Positions 1 to 13,218 of a DNA stretch of 64,000 bases are shown here, piece after piece; position 1 is the first letter of the stretch; every line of letters starts with the position of its first letter. This stretch comes from Trichoplax adhaerens (Eukaryota > Animalia > Placozoa): the NCBI RefSeq assembly GCF_000150275.1, contig NW_002060964.1, positions 363,643 through 427,642 of the forward strand, written 5' to 3'. The notes below the pieces were generated by a model. The model worked only from the letters and a program-made list of their open reading frames with translations. It had not been told where the DNA came from and made no database searches. The position numbers and the translations under genes are program-made.

Positions 1-1009
1 TAGTAGACAAAAAAAGTATAATTAAATGGCGAGCAAACCTAATCTACTTTATAAACTGTACCGCGCATGGCTGCAAGGAATATCACAAGCGGATGTTCAC
101 TGTTTAGCTAGTTCACCTATGGCCTTAAATTCTTTCTCTGTAAAGATTTCCATATCAGCGTCGTATCCGCATATGCATATGCATATGTTACGTACATAAC
201 ACGCTTCATTAAACCTTGGAACTATGTTTCTTACTAATTTTTCATATGTATTTTATATGCTATTAATGAAGTTAGACCAAGTAATGGTAGAGTCCTATTT
301 GCGACATTTTACCTGAGTTGTCGTTCTTTTATTGGCTAACGCTACCTAAATATGATTTAGTTGGTGTGCATGTTCAGTAGATATAAATAGTAATATATCA
401 TCTATACTATATATTAAAATTTGACTGTCCGAATTTTGTACGTCTGTGGGTATATGAAACTGACGCATATCACACACTGAGTCAGGAATAATTCATTCAC
501 GGGTCCTCTACTATACTTGGAAAAGATATAGACTGGAGGTTACAGTAATATAGAATAAAGAGTAGAAGCACTGAAATAAAAGCTTCGACTAAGGAAAGAG
601 TAGTCTCTTTGCTGCGAGATTTTCAATAGTATGACTATGATGAATCAATAGTTCCACTATATAGTACTGTACAGTACAGTATACGGCAGTGTGCAAAAGC
701 CAGGATGTCATTTTATGATAGTATTACTGACTTACTGGAAAATGAAATTAACTAATGTAGTGTTTATGAAGCCATGGACACACAAGTGATAACCAAGGAG
801 TAATTCCTGGTATCGTGAGCGGGTATTCTACTTGCCGGCCTGGAGTGTGTCAAAGATTCTATCAATTTAGCGAGTCAGTAACATTGTCATAACAGAATAC
901 GCATAATTCCGGCAGGAATTACTCGATAATAATTTTTCTTTCCTCATTAAAGAGTGTTTCCTATTTTAACATCAAGGGGAAAATTGTTGAGAAGTTCCAG
1001 GCTACGCAA

Positions 1010-2965
1010 ATCTGGAGACAATCGACCAGGTTGGAAAGAAAAAATCCAAGGAGCAATTGATCCATCGAAAGACGAATAGAGCAACAAGGCAACATTTGCA
1101 GTTTTTAACATTGCATGGTACTAATGTGAGCGAGCATAATGTTATAGTACGAGTCAAATAATTACCGGCTGACCGTATCAGAATACAGTCTGGATACGAT
1201 TGACCAGGTTAGAAAAATTTTTCAATGAGTAAATTGAACAATCGAAAGACGGATAGACTAATAAGGTAACATTTGCATTTGCTGTTTCCAGCATTGCAGG
1301 ATAATCGATATGAGCGAGCATAGTCCGTGGTATTTTGTGCTATTAGTACGAGTGAAATCAGTACCGGACGATAGTGTCAAAGTTCTTACAGTTTGGATAC
1401 GATTAAACAGGTTAGAAAAAAAGATTCAAAGAGTAATCCAATAATCGAAAGACGGATGGACCAATAAGACAACATTTTCATTTGCTGTTTCCAACATTGC
1501 AGGATAATTATTCGATATGAGCGAGCATCGTCACGGAATTCTAAGACTAATACTGTATTAGTCTTAGAGATTAATACTCTATTAGTCTTAGAAATCTCAG
1601 GTATTTATGCTATCAGTACGAGTGAAATCAGTACCGGATGACCGTGTCAAAGTTCTTACAGTTTGGATACGATTAACCAGGTAAGAAAAAAAATTTCAAA
1701 GAGTAATTGAATAATCGAAAAATGGATGGACCAATAAGACAACATTTGCATTTGCTATTTCCAACATTGCAGGATAATTATTCGACATGAGCGAGCATCG
1801 TCACGGACTTCTAAGACTAATACTCTATCAGTCTTAGAAATCTCTGGTATTTATGCTATCAGTACGAGTGAAATCAGTACCGGATGACCGTGTCAAAGTT
1901 CTTACAGTTTGGATACGATTAACCAGGTTAGAAAAAATTGAAAGAGTAATTGAAGAATCGAAAGACGGATGGACCAATAAGACAACATTTGCATTTGCTG
2001 TTTCCAACATTGCAGGATACTTATTCGACATGAGCGAGCATAGTCACGGACTTCTAAGACTAATACTCTATTAGTCTTAGAGATTAATACTTTATTAGTC
2101 TTAGTGATTAATACTCTGTTAGTCTTAGTGATTAATACTCCATTAGTCTTAGAAATTAATACTCCATTAGTCTTAGAGATTAATACTCCATTAGTCTTAG
2201 TGGTTAATACTCCATTAGTCTTAGAGATTAATACTCCATTAGTCTTAGAGATTAATACTCTATTAGTCTTAGTGATTAATACTTCATTAGTCTTAGTGAT
2301 CAATACTCCATTAGTCTTAGAAATCTCTGGTATTTGTGCTATCAGTACGAGTGAAATTAGTACCGGATGACCGTATCAAAGTACGAGTGTTACCGCCTGC
2401 GCGGATAGTGCCATTGATTCAATGAATTTGCTACCAGTTATTTCTTTTTCCTCTAGCAATATCACACTAATTCTATAATTTACAATAAATAAGTTTGAAA
2501 TGAATTGATTGGCAATACTTCTCTTTCACCCTTCTTACAGTCTGGATACGATTAACCAGGTTAGAAAAAAAATTTCAAAGAGTAATTCAATAATCGAAAG
2601 ACGGATGGACCAATTAAGACAACATTTACATTGACAATTTTCAACGTTGCAAGATAATTAGTATGAGCGAGCAATAGTGCTATCGGTACCAGTGAAATCA
2701 GTACCGTCAAAGTACTAGTGTAACGCCAGCGGGTCGTGCAGTTGATATAATGAATTTGCTGCCAGTTATTTCTTTCTCCATTAGCAAGATCAAACTAATT
2801 CAATAATTTACTATCATGAGTTTGAAAAAAAGTCTTCTTGCTTTAAAAAATTGATTGGCAATACTTCTCTTTTACTCTCCTTACAGTCTGAATACGATTG
2901 ACCAGGTTAGGAAAAAAATTTCAAAGAGCAATTGATCCATCGAAAGACGAATGGATCAACAAGGC
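1010..2965 (+). repeat. Degenerate tandem array (~7 copies, ~180-350 bp units) of the segment containing the start codon of the TERB1-like gene
   Basis: The core 'cagt(c/t)tggatacgatt(g/a)accaggttagaaaaa...atcgaaagacg(g/a)atgga' recurs near 1011, 1187, 1388, 1658, 1905, 2537 and 2883. The last copy supplies the ATG at 2951. Confidence 0.9.
2053..2322. repeat. 24-bp minisatellite (ttagtcttagagattaatactcca, ~11 copies) nested in the larger array
   Basis: Directly visible. It produces the 8-aa periodic ORFs 1902..2303 and 2104..2370, and appears to derive from the right arm of the palindrome ctaagactaata-NNN-tattagtcttag. Confidence 0.93.
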
Positions 2966-5900
2966 AGCAGTTTCCATGACGATTCATTGATAAACAGTCA
3001 AGTACTTTCGGAAAAAGATTTAAAATTTTTAATGCAAGCTTTAAAAATTCCAAGTACTCAACATCAAGCAATGGCTTGTGTAGCAATGTTATGCTCTAGC
3101 AAAGGTACGTAGGAATGAGATTTAGTAATGTATTGATATGGGCTGGTAATGGATGATGGAGGCTATTTGAAACGTCGTCATTGCTGGACGGCTTTCATCT
3201 ACTCGCTGAACGCATCGCCATTTCGTCACTATCACTGTATTAATCCTCTTGTTAACCCAATTCAATGAATCGGATTGATTTCCCAATTCTATATGCTAAA
3301 GAACTTTGATCTTAAACTTACAAATGGAAGAAATAACCAATTCTTTTAGCTTGCGTCTTATCATTTTTAAATTGTAACCTACCAAAAGAATGAATGATAT
3401 TGCAATTTTTTGTACAGGGAATCATGCGGTAATCAATCCGTTTATCAGCGGTATTTATCATCGCGGAGGGCTTGACATTTTACAGCAAGTGATCTTAACT
3501 TCTAGAGATTGCCAGACATTAAAAGTGGCTTTAATGGCACTGGCTAGTTGTATTGAACAAGACGGTAAAGTATCTTATTACTATCAGATGGTAGCACTTA
3601 ACACGTTTTTTTTGGAGCTGCTTTTCTTCAATACGAGCACATTAAAATGCTTACAAAAGTGACAGTGATTGATGTGCGTAATTACAGTATAAGCTGTATC
3701 AATACTTGCATCCTACAATTTGATTTCCTTCGATATAGATCAAGCCTCTACAATCCCACATGGTCATTATAGTATCTTAACAGTAAATGATAAAAACGAA
3801 AGCGACATCTAAGATGTAGATTATAAACATACCTGCACTTGCTTTATATTAATATGTGAAATTGATCCCGCTGTAAAGAGTGGCTCTAATTTATTTACTT
3901 TTCGTACACTTTACCGGCCAACCGAATATCTTAAAGGTTTACTGCTTATGGCTTTGTAAACGCACATTTGAGATGAACGTAGCTTCTATGTGCTAATCTC
4001 CTACATGACAGAATTATATAGGTGTAAATGCCTAAAGCAATTTTCCACTTTCTCTTTTACGCCGGTGTTATCTAGGAAACTGTAAATTTCATGTTTACAC
4101 TCAATCCTTATACAATAGTTTATATGCTATCCTCTCTTCAGTTGTTACCAAGGATGCTTGGGCATCAGCTGCGTATTTAATTAGTTGTCTTGCATTTAAA
4201 AATGGTAAGTACTTTTTTTACGTACCTTAAATCAATTAGTCCCATACATTTCTACTGTTTCTGGAATACACGTCATGATGGACTGCAAATTGAACTCTGT
4301 GTAATTTGTGATGCAAAACTGTTGAAACTAGTTATGACAAAATAACTTGTAGTTCTTCTACTGACAGTAAAGTGCTAACAGTGCTTACAATAATGTTGCT
4401 TTGCTAAGAACTATCAGTATAGATCGAAGCCATTTAAAGATTAGTTCTATATTTTATGAATAATTTAAAAGTCCTTGCAAAGTACGCTATATCATTTTTG
4501 GTCTTCAAATTATAGTGTATGTGTTTACTAGATTACATAATTCACAACGATTCTTGCGAATATTAAAAGTGTTATTAGAAATTTGATAGAAAACAGCAGA
4601 TAGCGAATCACGCCTAAAATAACGAATGCAATCTGCAGGTCGAGGACAAGTATTAGCTGGGAATTCCAGATGCTTGCACGGACTCTGTGATCTATTAAGG
4701 TAAGATGTAATGTTTTCGTTTGGCATTTGTGTCATCTAGCCATTATAAGATGCGAATGTATAGTAGTGCTGCCTTTCTTAAGAACGGTATGATGCTGCAC
4801 AATGTGCAATCCTTAAAGTACTACAATCTAGCTAAAATACTTTCTTTCAGTTATGCAATAGAACGAAGAGAAGTATCGGAGACTATGGTGTATCAAAACA
4901 GTATATGTCAGGATTTGATGGCGAGTGTAACATGTGCCATAACATGCTGTATTGCTAATCCTACTAATGGTAGTGAAAGTATTGCCTGGGTTGTACCGAA
5001 GCTATTCCTAGTTTTAAAAATTGACTGCTTATTATCTGTCTTCTACCATCTTGATTCATACAATTTTTTAGTTACCAATCAGAACAAATGCGCTTTTATG
5101 CTACCTGAATTAATTTCTGCTTTGAAAAACAGCCAAGATTTGGTCTTGCTTTGTACCGTAACCAGTATTTTAAACGTCTTACTTGATAATCATGGTAATA
5201 GTGCTATAATTCTGCTAGGTGTGAATTCACAATGGCAACTGGCTTAGCAACACATTTAGTTAACTAAATGAGCATTTCGATGTACTGTATTGATAGCGAG
5301 GAATATACGAATATTTCGTTACAATGATGGCTTAAGATGCCTTTACCGGGCTATAGACAACATTCTTAAACAATGGCATAAGGATATGAAATCAACAATC
5401 ACATTAAAGGCCTTATACCACCTGATTATGATTTCCAATAGCTTTGTTGATGAAGGTTTGATTGTAACGAAAGCAAATTATTCGTACGAGCTCGACATAG
5501 TAGAATATACCAATACGAGTTATCACGTTGTGATCTTTAATCATCCTAGTCACTGAATTGTCCATATATGCTGTATATATTTACAGTCAAAAATAATGAA
5601 TGCAAGCCTACATATAAGGATTATATCTGCAACTTGGTAACAATACTAAGGACAATCATTAACAGTAAGAATAATAAGAACCTATGTGTTGAAATACTGA
5701 TTGCGATAGGATATGCCGCAGCATCACACCCGGGTAAATACTGTATAAACTCTTATGATATTTGCAAATGCCACAATTAACATTAAGCTTGACCGCTTCA
5801 CGTCATATGTATATATATACAGTATATATATTTACATACTAACATATACTTGTGTACTCTCTTTAATGCAATAACTATGAAAACAACCTATAAAATTATT

Positions 5901-6569
5901 TTCAATAATTTTCTTCAATTTGAATTCTTAACCTATTTAGAAGTTGCCAACTGCCTTTGTGAAACTGAATGTGTAACGATACTATCAGAATTACAAATTA
6001 ATTCTGAGGTTTATTAGATTTTGCGTTTTTATTAAACTACGTAAACAATTTAACAAATAAGTATTTACTGTACTGTGTGCTAATTGTTGTTTACGCGTGG
6101 TGTAAGGCCTCTTTAGTTACTTAATGTTCCAATATTGGTGCATATATCCAATGCTTACAGGTCAACGTCTTGGCTGAACTAGCGGATTATGTTCTAATAG
6201 AGCTCGAAAAAGGTAAGCTAAGCTGCATCGACAAATATGTATTGTTGTGATACATAGCAGCAAATTATATCTTTACATCTAATATTCAGAAGAGGCTGTT
6301 ATATTCTCATTATGAAAGTCTAGCCGAATCCGCACACCCAGTCTGCTTTAAACATATTACTATTGCTTTATTTTGTACGTTATGTAGATTGCAGCAGTAC
6401 TTTACGATTCTAACTGTATTATTACCAATAAATTACAGAAAGTAACAGACGATTCGAATTGGATACAATGAAATACAGAAACTCTTCTACATGCGAATGG
6501 ATTCTATTAACAAAAGAGGATTGCGATCTGTCTTCTGTAGAATTAATGTCGGATGAAACTCTAGATTAA
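2951..6569 (+). CDS. TERB1: TERB1/CCDC79-like armadillo-repeat protein (meiotic telomere bouquet protein), 11 exons, ARM region only
   Basis: GT-AG exons in a consistent frame: 2951-3104, 3418-3564, 4076-4204, 4639-4699, 4851-4969, 5072-5194, ~5297-5455, 5587-5733, 5941-6008, 6161-6212, 6439-6569. Peptides EKDLKFLMQALK..QHQAMACVAMLC, YHRGGLDILQQVILTS..LKVALMALASCIEQD, GRGQVLAGNSRCL, LMASVTCAITCCIANPTN.TNQNKC and EILIAIGYAA are collinear with the vertebrate TERB1 N-terminus as I recall it (KTDLNLLLECLK, FREIGGL, RTGQTLVRETGC, LWSSVCSTLCVCVNNPQN.ENQMFC). Confidence 0.72.
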
Positions 6570-7386
6570 ATGATTAGACTAGTTTATATTATCATAGGTT
6601 ACAAGATTTTCGTTTCTTCTAGTTTAATATACAGCTTTGATTAATAGTGCAATTACAATTGAATAGCGTTGTCTCAATCTGTTCTAATCATAAACTGCTT
6701 CAAACGACTTCCCAGTAAAGCAATAAAAATATTGACTGTTTCAAACTATAAGTACTGTAATTACTTGCAGCCTTAATAATTTGTAAGGGTTTAGTGAAGG
6801 TCAAGTTTTTAATATACATAGTTAGGTAATCGTGCACTGTTGCAATTAGTTCTAATGCTTTGCAATGCAAGAAGTCTTGTAAAGTTAATCATGAGCTGAT
6901 GGACTCATTAATAGCTTGTTTAATATGTACATAAGCTAGAACTACCAATATTGGTAAACTTGATGCTTAGCCAAGTAATAGTGGTATTTTTGCATAAAGT
7001 AATCAAAACGCACTTCACAAAATGTAAATGAGTAACCAATACTTTAATGAGAGTATAAAATCTTTAAATACAGACGATAATTACTTGCATGGAAACTGTA
7101 CATCACGCAGTATTACTGTAGAAAGACAAAGTACAAAGTGAAGCTCCGGTCTTCTAGACATCGGATGACTGAAATATTCAATTAAATAAATGATTGACTA
7201 TTGCAAAGAAAACAACAATTAAATGATAGGTCATCAAAACTGGATAACTTCTTGCAAAATTATTTATTAATCTCGGTCGGTAGAAACCGTGTTCCCGTCT
7301 GTTTTTACAATTTTATTCGAAACTATGATTAATTTAGACTGCGTCGAAACATTCATCCTTTTTGATGAAAAATTAAAGCTCGGATT

Positions 7387-10300
7387 TTACTCAATTGCTT
7401 CAGACCAAATTGCAATTTCGCGTAATATCACCCAATTGCGATATTTATTAGGTATATAAATTCTAACACAACGGATTGGATTTTTAAACGGCGATTGATT
7501 AAGGTTAGTCACATCAATGTCTACGTTACCATTTCTTTTGAAATCGCCAATTTTATTCCAGCTAATACATTGTTGAAGGTAATAAGTAGAAGAAACTTGC
7601 AATTCGGCAGTGTGTAAGCAATCTCGTCGCCTGGCCTTGTCACCAGTTAATACAGCTACCCGTTTTAATTTGATAGGACTATGAAATATGATGGTAATTG
7701 TATCTTTCGCTCGAGGCTGTTTACACCAATAATACGTTACAGTTTTACCGTAAGCAAATTCTGGTTCAGTTCCACCATAACTTTGCAATGTTGTAGTAAC
7801 TTTTGCTGGTGGATTATTACTATTATAGACACGAGCAAGGGCAAATTGTATGTCCTTTAATGGCTGGGATTTTCCTTTCAGCGAAGATTTAATACCAATA
7901 TGTTGAAATAATGATGGTAAATAAACTAAATTACTTGGTAACATTTTCAAGTTACTGTAAAAATTGATGAGATAATCTACTGGATGCTCGTCATAAAACA
8001 TGTAGAAAAAACGTCCTAATTCAACAATATCACTACTTCGGTATAATTTACCGATATAACCTAATGTAGAAAAATGAATGCTGCTCCAATTTTTATGTCG
8101 CTGTCGATGAATATAGTCACGAATTATATCGAAGTAGCCGTGAAAGGTAACAACATCGTCCTCTAATTGCATGTAATACTGTGAAAGAGTAGCTGAATAT
8201 TCAAATAGGAAGGCATAGTCGATACACTGTTTGGATCTCCAAAATACACGATCAGGCGAATCGTTATAGTTACGCTTTAAATTACGCAACTTTGGATAAT
8301 ACCAGCGTGGAGCTTGAATAATTTGCACTAAGCCTGATTCTAACCAAGGTTGATAAGTTTTCTTTAACTCTTGTACTCGTTTTAACTTATATAGTGGATC
8401 AAAATCGGCAAGAAATACAATAATATTAACCATTTTCTGATCTTTGCCATTCAAGTTATTAATTAAAGATGTTAACGTCTTGAATAAGTAATCAGCACTG
8501 GCTCTCTTGACAGTAGGTATTCCAATTGTTAAATAGCCTACGCAGGGTTGAAAGAAAAAAAATGAATTAAATAAAGATTGTTGAGTTGACTTAAGCATAA
8601 GTAAAAGAAATACTCGCATTGCTTTCTAAGACTAACTTACGCGGTTGATCGGGCCATTTTCCTTCCAAAATAGCAATACTTTTATTCTTAAGATGGCCGT
8701 AGCAGGCACAGTTATTAACTGTTGTTGAATTCTTAAAAGCATTCACTAATGGAAATGAATAGAATTATAAATTTATTGCCACTTTCTAGATTACTATAAT
8801 TACTTTTCAGAAATTTAAGATTTTAGGTTACAGTCGATACTGTTAGTTTAATGCAATATTTATGCTATCTATTTGCTTTAGAAATTAATTAACAATCGCG
8901 TTGATTGATTTTAATTTGCAATATTATCTTATTGAATTTGGTAATAAAAACAGTGGCTAAACCATTGTAAATTTAAAATATCGCAACATAAAGATGGCAT
9001 CAACATGGTGGTTATTATCGGTGAAGTAACTACTGTCAATTACATTCTACTATGTTCTATTGATTGGATTGAAGGAAAGATGCTGATTATAATGATGCCT
9101 GTTCGCTAATACCGACAAGTATATGGTATAACAAGAGCAGAAGATGAAAGAAATTTGTATTTCAACGATAGTCATGTGGACTATTTTTTCAGTTAATCAA
9201 GTCTCAATCACTTTCTAATACAAATAGTTTAACCTTGATATGATACTGTTATGATATTACAAAGTAGTGTATAGTAATACGTTTTATCATCAATTCTTTT
9301 TTTAAACTAATCCAAGAACGGCATAGTAATAACAGCAGAAAATGAAAGAAATCTCCATTTTAACTACTGTATAATATTACGTTTACCAAGTGTCAATTAC
9401 TTTGTAGTGCAAATGATTTAATCTTGATATGATGATGTCATATTATCATAAGTAATACATTTTATCATTCTTTCGACGAATACAAAGTACAGCAGAGTAA
9501 CATCAGCAAAAGATGAAAGAAATTTCTATTTTCTCCACGAGTATTATACACTATTGATCAAGGGAATAATATATTAGCCATCTCTCAATGCTTATTCTAT
9601 TAGTGCTAGTTGAATCTCGATACGATCCTGTCATGTTACTATAAAGTCATCCATTTTATCATTCTTTTAAACAAATACAAGTACAGTAGAGTAACATCAG
9701 TAAAAGGTGAAAGAAACCTCCATTTTCTCTATCAGTTTTGCATACTATTGTTCAAACGAATATTATGTTACCCATCTCTCAATGACTATTCTATCACTCT
9801 TAACCTTGATATTATCATGTAATGTCATGCTTAGAAGAGAAAGAAGTGTTCCACCATGTTCATTATTTGTGTTCTACTGTACAGCATTGTTTAAAGTAAT
9901 ATTATGTTGACCATTTGAATTTGCTTTCCTATTGCCAGGTTTAACCTTGATATTGTCATTTAACACCCATTAGAAAGGAATACGCTAATTATGCCTGCAA
10001 TCTATTACAAGTACAAGAATAACGACAGAAAATGGAAGAAACTTTCATGCTAAACTATCAATGTTGTATACTATTATTCAAATGAATATGATGTTGACCC
10101 TCTGTAGATTCCTTTTGGTTTTGAGTAACCGTAGTCAAACATTGTAATATTAAAATAGGTCGGTTCTGGTTCAATTTCCTATTATAAGCTTGAATGTGCA
10201 TTCCTGTTAGCGAAGTTATCCTACCTATAAGTGACTTTATATAACGCTTTTAGTAAGACATACGTGTACGCTAATCATACTAGTAAATCTATACCAGTAG

Positions 10301-11134
10301 AGCAATTTTAGCTCAACACGACAAGCACTTTGATTTTATCTACAGTATTGAAACGTTCACGAGAATATAATCTTGGCTATCTCTCGTTCACTTGCTATTC
10401 CCAATAGAGGAAATAATCTACTTTTTTGTGTGTATAGTCTAAACGAATAAATACGAACGTTGATATTGATTCTTGTCCTTGTTCTCATCACGTAAAGTTA
10501 TTCTTTTAAGTGAGCCACGATGATGATGAAGGCTGATATCGAGTAAGCAAGTAGATGAAAAGGTTTCTTAATAATATGATGAACTGTTTGATTGAATTAG
10601 AATTGGTCAAATGCAATGCGTTTATATTGACGTGGTGAAAAATTAAGAAATATGCCGATCGGTTAAGTTTTCTTGCTGTCGTTGGCACACCAATTAAAAA
10701 AGGTACTCTGACTCCCCAGATACTCATTGAAGGCAGTTATCGGAGATTACTGTTCTCATCATTTTTAACATCAAGTGTCGTTTATCGTAACATTGATTTG
10801 TCGCTTATCAAGTCTCGTTGGAACGGCTAGTTCAACACATTACTGTCATCTATGAGCACGCTACAACGACATGATTCCAGCATCATTGAATACTGTCTAT
10901 GGCTGTTTATCATACTGATTCTATTTCCTGTTCATACGCAAGAATGAATCGAGTCTATATTCAGTCTAACTTTACGCGATGGAGATTGTTCATTTTGTCC
11001 GATAACTTACCTAGATGAGTGCTGCTGTGGTTGTCGTCAGTTCGATGGCTGAAATAGATATAAAAATTGACCACAAGAGTGAAGGCAAAAACGAGAAAAA
11101 TAGTGCGAGATTTATGGAAACGAAATAAATTCAT
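7387..11134 (-). CDS. MGAT4C-like glycosyltransferase family 54 (GnT-IV/VI type N-acetylglucosaminyltransferase), 3 coding exons
   Basis: Exons 11134-11011 (type II membrane anchor TIFLVFAFTLVVNFYIYF), 8745-8641 and 8537-7387 join in frame. Motifs YLTIGIPTVKR, WRSKQCIDYAFL, YYMQLEDD, FSTLGYIGKLY and PSLFQHIGIKSSLKG are present, followed by a C-terminal lectin-like domain. Confidence 0.92.
9110..10100. repeat. Old, degenerate tandem repeat (~5 units, ~170-330 bp spacing) in the first intron of the MGAT4-like gene
   Basis: Variants of 'aacagcagaaaatgaaagaaat' near 9131, 9331, 9500, 9693 and 10021, each followed downstream by variants of 'ttaaccttgatat'. Confidence 0.7.
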
Positions 11135-13218
11135 CCTTGGCCAAATGAAGGAGAGACTTTCCGATCTTTCAGCTTCAATCTTAAAAGCAAACAACAATCG
11201 GTGAAAAGCTGAAATTACAATTGGTCAAGATTCTTCTTCATCAACGATCACTAGCAGGCATTATTTCATCTTGTCCACTTGACAATCTAGCCTATCTAGG
11301 AAAGCAATATTGTCAAGTAAAGATCATGGCAGTGAAATGGAAGTTGGCTAAAAATGGGACAAAATGGATCGATGGTTGCACTAATGAATTGATATTCCTA
11401 TTTTCTTCTTCAGTATATCTGCATATTGTTGACATGAATACCAATTATGTTCAAGTCGAAAATGAAGACAATGAAAGAGAGGATGGCATCATCCAGTCAG
11501 TAGAGTGTAGCGTGCAGTGCAATTCGATCAATAGTACCGTAGCAATCTCCAACAAGCCTAAGCACGAGACCAACCCAAAACCAAACAAAGAAGGCAGATG
11601 TACCGTAGAAACTAGAAAGGCTTTCCGAAATGTTATTACAGTCCATAGTCCAGTCCACTTTGTACAGTCATTATTGGACGACAATGGAGAAAAAGGGCAA
11701 ACATCACAATTAGTTGTGGATTAATGGTAGGATGGCCATTGGACAAGTAAACCGATGACATTTCTTGACTAAAACAGTATGGGTATCAATCAATGGAAAA
11801 TATGGCTGTACTCATTCTCAGCGTAGATCGATTTTTCAATCACTGTATTTGGCTGCTATTGATCACGTCTAATAAATCATTATAATTTTTGATCTCTATT
11901 GACAAAATTTAGATAATTTATTCTTGAAAAGTTACCGATAGCTTATTAAAATGAAAAAATTGGCGTGAACATCAATTACTGATCTAATTATCGGATACTG
12001 TAGAGGTTAATATAAGGTATCAAACCTAACTACTGCAGAAAACATTGTACCTTATGGGGAATCAACCATCATTTAGGTCTTGATAAAGCAATGAAAAACT
12101 CCAATTTACTCATGAAAATATGCCGGTAATTTACGGTATACTGCACACTTAGTATACGATAGACGACAATAGTAGCTTTTCCTGAACTCAACAGCTACCG
12201 TAGATGTACATAAAGAAATAGTAAAGTACCTAATGCTGTGGTTTAATATAGTACAGTGCAGTATATAGACTGGATGGCGTCAGATCGGTGGTGTAATCGG
12301 ACTATATCCATTTCATGCTTTTGAAACTTTACGCTCGAGTCCAGCTGAGCTCAATCGTGTTGAAGTAATTTGTGGACGCATCAAACAATCACCACGAGCC
12401 CTTGGGACACTACTGTACTTATCGCAAATTAGCATCGATTGATGTTCATTTTGTGCAAATAGAATACTGAAAGAAAGGACATTCCGATCTCTATTAGAAC
12501 TCATTTTTTTTATCGCAGGTTCTTAGTACCAGTAAATTCATGAACAAAAACAGAGAAAAGACACTTTGTACAGGCTATCTTCAATTCTTCATAATAGAGC
12601 TTAACAATTGCACATCAGTAATCCATCAGTGATAAAGGCGTCCGATACGTAGCAAGTACTGGTTATTGCTTAAAGTTAATAACTAAACTGTAACCGTATA
12701 GATACATTTATACCACATAAAACCTTTCCGATTTGCGATTTCAATTGCTATTACAAGTAACTTTGATGATGCAACTTGTGGAAATACACGTAGTCAAAGC
12801 CGTACACATCAAACCAGAAAATAGCGTTAATCGGGGTATTATACTGTAGATTGCACATTTTTATTCTTAACGCTAACACACATATGCAACTTGAAGCTTG
12901 CCTAAAAAATTAGGATTGAACAATCTACTCAATTTTCATTTTACGGTAAAAGCAAAACGCGCAAAATTCAAGTCAATGTACCTACAGTATCTAGATCGCA
13001 CTGAAGAATGAATGACCCTTCGATTAAAGCCAAGTTCACATTACAAATTGTAAAATGAATACATCATTTTAATAGTTTAGAGAAGTACAGTACTGTAAAT
13101 TATTACCATTATTGATAATGATGTGGTGATACAGACATTTGATAATCTTAGTACAAAAAGAATCCAGAATGATGCAAGTGACCTTCAGTGTTACAATCCA
13201 TCAATCAATGCGCCCGAG

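Noticed and set aside
26-350. Short ORF and exon-like pieces at the window start
   Set aside because: No recognisable homology and no consistent frame could be established at the window edge.
774-881. LLAGLECVKDSINLASQ as a TERB1 first exon
   Set aside because: Bounded by stops, and the exon at 2951-3104 matches the expected N-terminus better and has its own ATG.
1834-2370. ORFs with 8-aa periodicity on both strands
   Set aside because: By-products of the 24-bp minisatellite and the surrounding tandem array.
11221-11724. 167-aa plus-strand ORF
   Set aside because: Non-ATG start, no recognisable motif, and it lies antisense over the probable 5' region of the MGAT4-like gene.
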